A stretch of DNA of 64,000 nt from Eledone cirrhosa (lineage: Eukaryota): the NCBI GenBank assembly GCA_964016885.1, contig OZ024742.1:263934001-263998000 (forward strand). The letters run 5' to 3'. Under the pieces are notes generated by a model. The model was given only the letters and a program-made list of their open reading frames with translations. It ran no database searches and was not told where the DNA came from. The first letter of the stretch is position 1; every line of letters begins with the position of its first letter. Position numbers and translations under genes: made by a program. This document shows positions 61,511 to 64,000 of this stretch, piece by piece.

Positions 61511-61720
61511 TTTAAATGAGATTGCACGGAAGAGGAAAAATAATTGTACTAATATGCATGTGTAGAAAAAGTCACTTCCCTAGGTGGGGGGGGGGGGTAA
61601 CCCACGTTAGATCGGTGTGAGGGAGATGACTGTGGATACTCAGAAAAATAATAGATTATTCATGTTATTCAGTCAAGAATATTATAGATTGTTCATATTA
61701 GTCAGTCTGGAACTTTGTAA

Positions 61721-63145
61721 TTATGTAATAGGTGTTTCCAGACGTGTGGACAATGCAAAAAAAAGTTTATACCTTGAATTTAGACAAGCGCTATTACGCC
61801 AACTTCTCAGGATATTGATTCTTTCTTCAATGCACAGCCCACAAGACGGATTCCCTTTTCTGTATGGCTTAGACTTAGTAAGAACTTTCCATTGAATGGA
61901 GTAATCCACGCCTGTTTCCTTGAGGGACCGTACGTGGCTAGCGAGCTTTGAGGACGATCGTTTGTACGGGTATCTGAAAGTCGACAGATGATTCACGAAG
62001 CGTTCTTTAAACCGGCCCTCCGCCATACCTACATAGGATTTGACCTCTTGTTGTTGATTTGGTCGGTTAGAAGTGACAAGAGTTTTATAAATTACAGCGG
62101 GTGCGTTGAAGGGGACAAGCTTCAGGCCTTCGGCAAGAGCATCCTGGTGGGGTTCTGCTCTTAGGGTTGTTGGTGATGTAGGCTTTCTTATTCTTATTAC
62201 AGGAGTATCCTAGTTTCACCCTGTGTCTGTGAAAGATGGAGCGGTATTTATGACCTATGGAGAAGTGTCTATCTAAGAGAACTAACAATCTTTTATCTAC
62301 ATTACTACATTAGTTTTAACATTGAGTGAGAAGGGGGCGGGGTGAACCAAATTATTTTTCTATTAGCACGATCTCTTTTCCTATTGTTGTTGGCGTTAGT
62401 AAGGGAGTAAACAATTGGTTGAGAGAAGTCGCTGTTAGCTAACGCCGCGTTGTAGTAGGGTGCCGCTCTGTCAAATATTGTTTTATTAAAGGCGGGGTTA
62501 GAGATTCTAGTGCCGATATTTTTAACAAAGTTTCTAAAAACTGTATGTGAGTGGCATGAGTCCTTGTGTATGTAATTTAGGCTTTCATTTAGTTTATGGA
62601 ATGGTCTAAAAGTGTGTGTGTGAAGATCTAAATTTCCCTAAGTAATCTACGCTAGTAAGGTTAGTAGCTACTGTTATCCTAAGTCCTAACTCATTAAAAG
62701 TAGTAATTAAATCTTTTATAAAACAGTCCAGGTCGTGACCACTTTTATGGCTGGATAGGGTCAGATCCACCGTCGTGTTATAAGACCGTGTGGAAGTCCG
62801 GGAATTTAGTTCGTAACGTATCTAAAATAAATAATCCAACCAAGTCGCAGCATACATCAGCACTATCGAATGATCCCATTGATACATCGAATAGCTCTGA
62901 AGTAGTTGACTTCTTTGTTCAGGATACACCATTATTGAAGAGGAGGGTTTTCCAGAAATGTGCAATAATCTCCCTGTCTAAATCATTGACGGCGGTGTAA
63001 GTTGTGGCAAAGTCCAACGCTTTGTTCAACAGGGTCACCAGGATCGACGGGTAAAAATCCACAATGTCGAACGGAGTGAATTTCGCTTTTTTTGGAGCTG
63101 AAAGAGTTGAACCACTTAATGACAGAATCACTATTCTCCCACTGG
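61721..63145 (-). pseudogene. Decayed RT + GIY-YIG
   Basis: QWENSDSVIKWF, FDIVDFYPSI, FDVSMGSFD, CSCRRPEACPL, YVGMAEGRFKERFVNH, IQWKVL, CGLCIEE. Confidence 0.82.
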
Positions 63146-63375
63146 GAGAAGAAACTCCAATGCTTAGCTAAGCGTGAGGTCTTTCTCACCCTTAAAGATC
63201 ACAAGGTAGATTTTGCCTCTAATCCCACTTGTAGACTACTGAACCCGGCACATACGAAGGAATATAGTTAAGACTATTAGAACTAAGTCTTGCACCTATC
63301 TAACGTGGGAAGTGACTTTCTGCACATGCGTATTCGTACAATTGTTTTTTCCTTTTCCGTATAATCTCATTTAAA

Positions 63376-63416
63376 CCGAGCTGATGATCCGAATAAAGTG
63401 AAACAATTATTCTCGG
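63376..63416 (+). ncRNA. Decayed hammerhead in the inverted pLTR of element 3
   Basis: CCGAG-CTGATGA(63381)-..-GAAA-CAATTA-TT-CTCGG; the consensus with the other copy restores a CAATTG palindrome. Confidence 0.65.
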
Positions 63417-63444
63417 AAATGGTGAACTAACTGTTGTGGAACTA

Positions 63445-63515
<71 letters not shown>

Positions 63516-64000
63516 AATTGATAGAGAATGAAATAAAATAAAATGATTTAAATCACTATTATTATATATCTTTACTGGATATTAACTGTTGTGAAACTTG
63601 CTTGAGACCACTCCTGAATACAGACTTCTAATTATTTTGTCGAAAAGAAAAAACAAGCGAAGGCAAAAAGAATGAAAAGCAGAAAGATAGGAACTTTGTT
63701 GCTGAGACCACAAAATAAATAAAAATCTGTAACAAACGTGTAATACGAGAAGGAAGGTTAAGTAATTTGAATAATAAAAAAAATCATGTGCAAAAACGAA
63801 ATTCAAATCTATTATGTTTGGCTGTTAGTTTATTCTAACCCCCCCCCCAAAAAAAAAACACCAAACATTTTAATTGCTTTTTACAAAGATAAATATATTG
63901 AATATCCAACAGCTAACTAGAAGGTGAGCTTGCATGGCAACCTGAGTTCAACAAGCTCATTTTGATTGACGATTTATACAAATCCCGTACGTTTCTCTGA

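Larger units (their letters stand above)
61370..63448 (-). mobile_element. Penelope-like element 3 (Hydra-clade-like), direct pLTR ~61439-61618 and inverted pLTR 63292-63448
   Basis: Inverted repeats with a hammerhead motif; (TA)n at the ends; RT and GIY-YIG remnants between them. Confidence 0.82.

Overview
Eukaryotic, AT-rich, microsatellite-dense intergenic or intronic DNA with no recognisable host exon. The tRNA-derived SINE family and repeat landscape resemble an octopus/coleoid genome (inference, not proven). The window is mostly retroelements, and each group sits in its own microsatellite niche. (1) A young L1/Tx1-clade LINE family 'A' (APE endonuclease + RT, CCHC ORF1) is always embedded in (TATC)n: three copies, one full length with both ORFs open (55044-60759). 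(2) A related Tx1 family 'B' on the minus strand is embedded in (TAA)n and chained with R4/Dong-type RLE LINEs and SINEs over about 18 kb (12.4-30.2 kb). (3) Three Penelope-like elements (RT + GIY-YIG, one with Hydra-clade features) occur with many solo, tandem or inverted pseudo-LTRs next to (TA)n. Reading the non-coding parts by eye gives at least eight unrelated type I hammerhead ribozyme motifs with palindromic helix III, including a 318-bp tandem retrozyme-like unit with a compensatory U3-A8 core. A perfect 5' splice donor (AG|GTAAGT) overlaps the ORF1 stop codon in both Tx1 families, and the SINE and Tx1-B share a 3' terminus. All RNA structures and alignments were done by eye and need computational confirmation.
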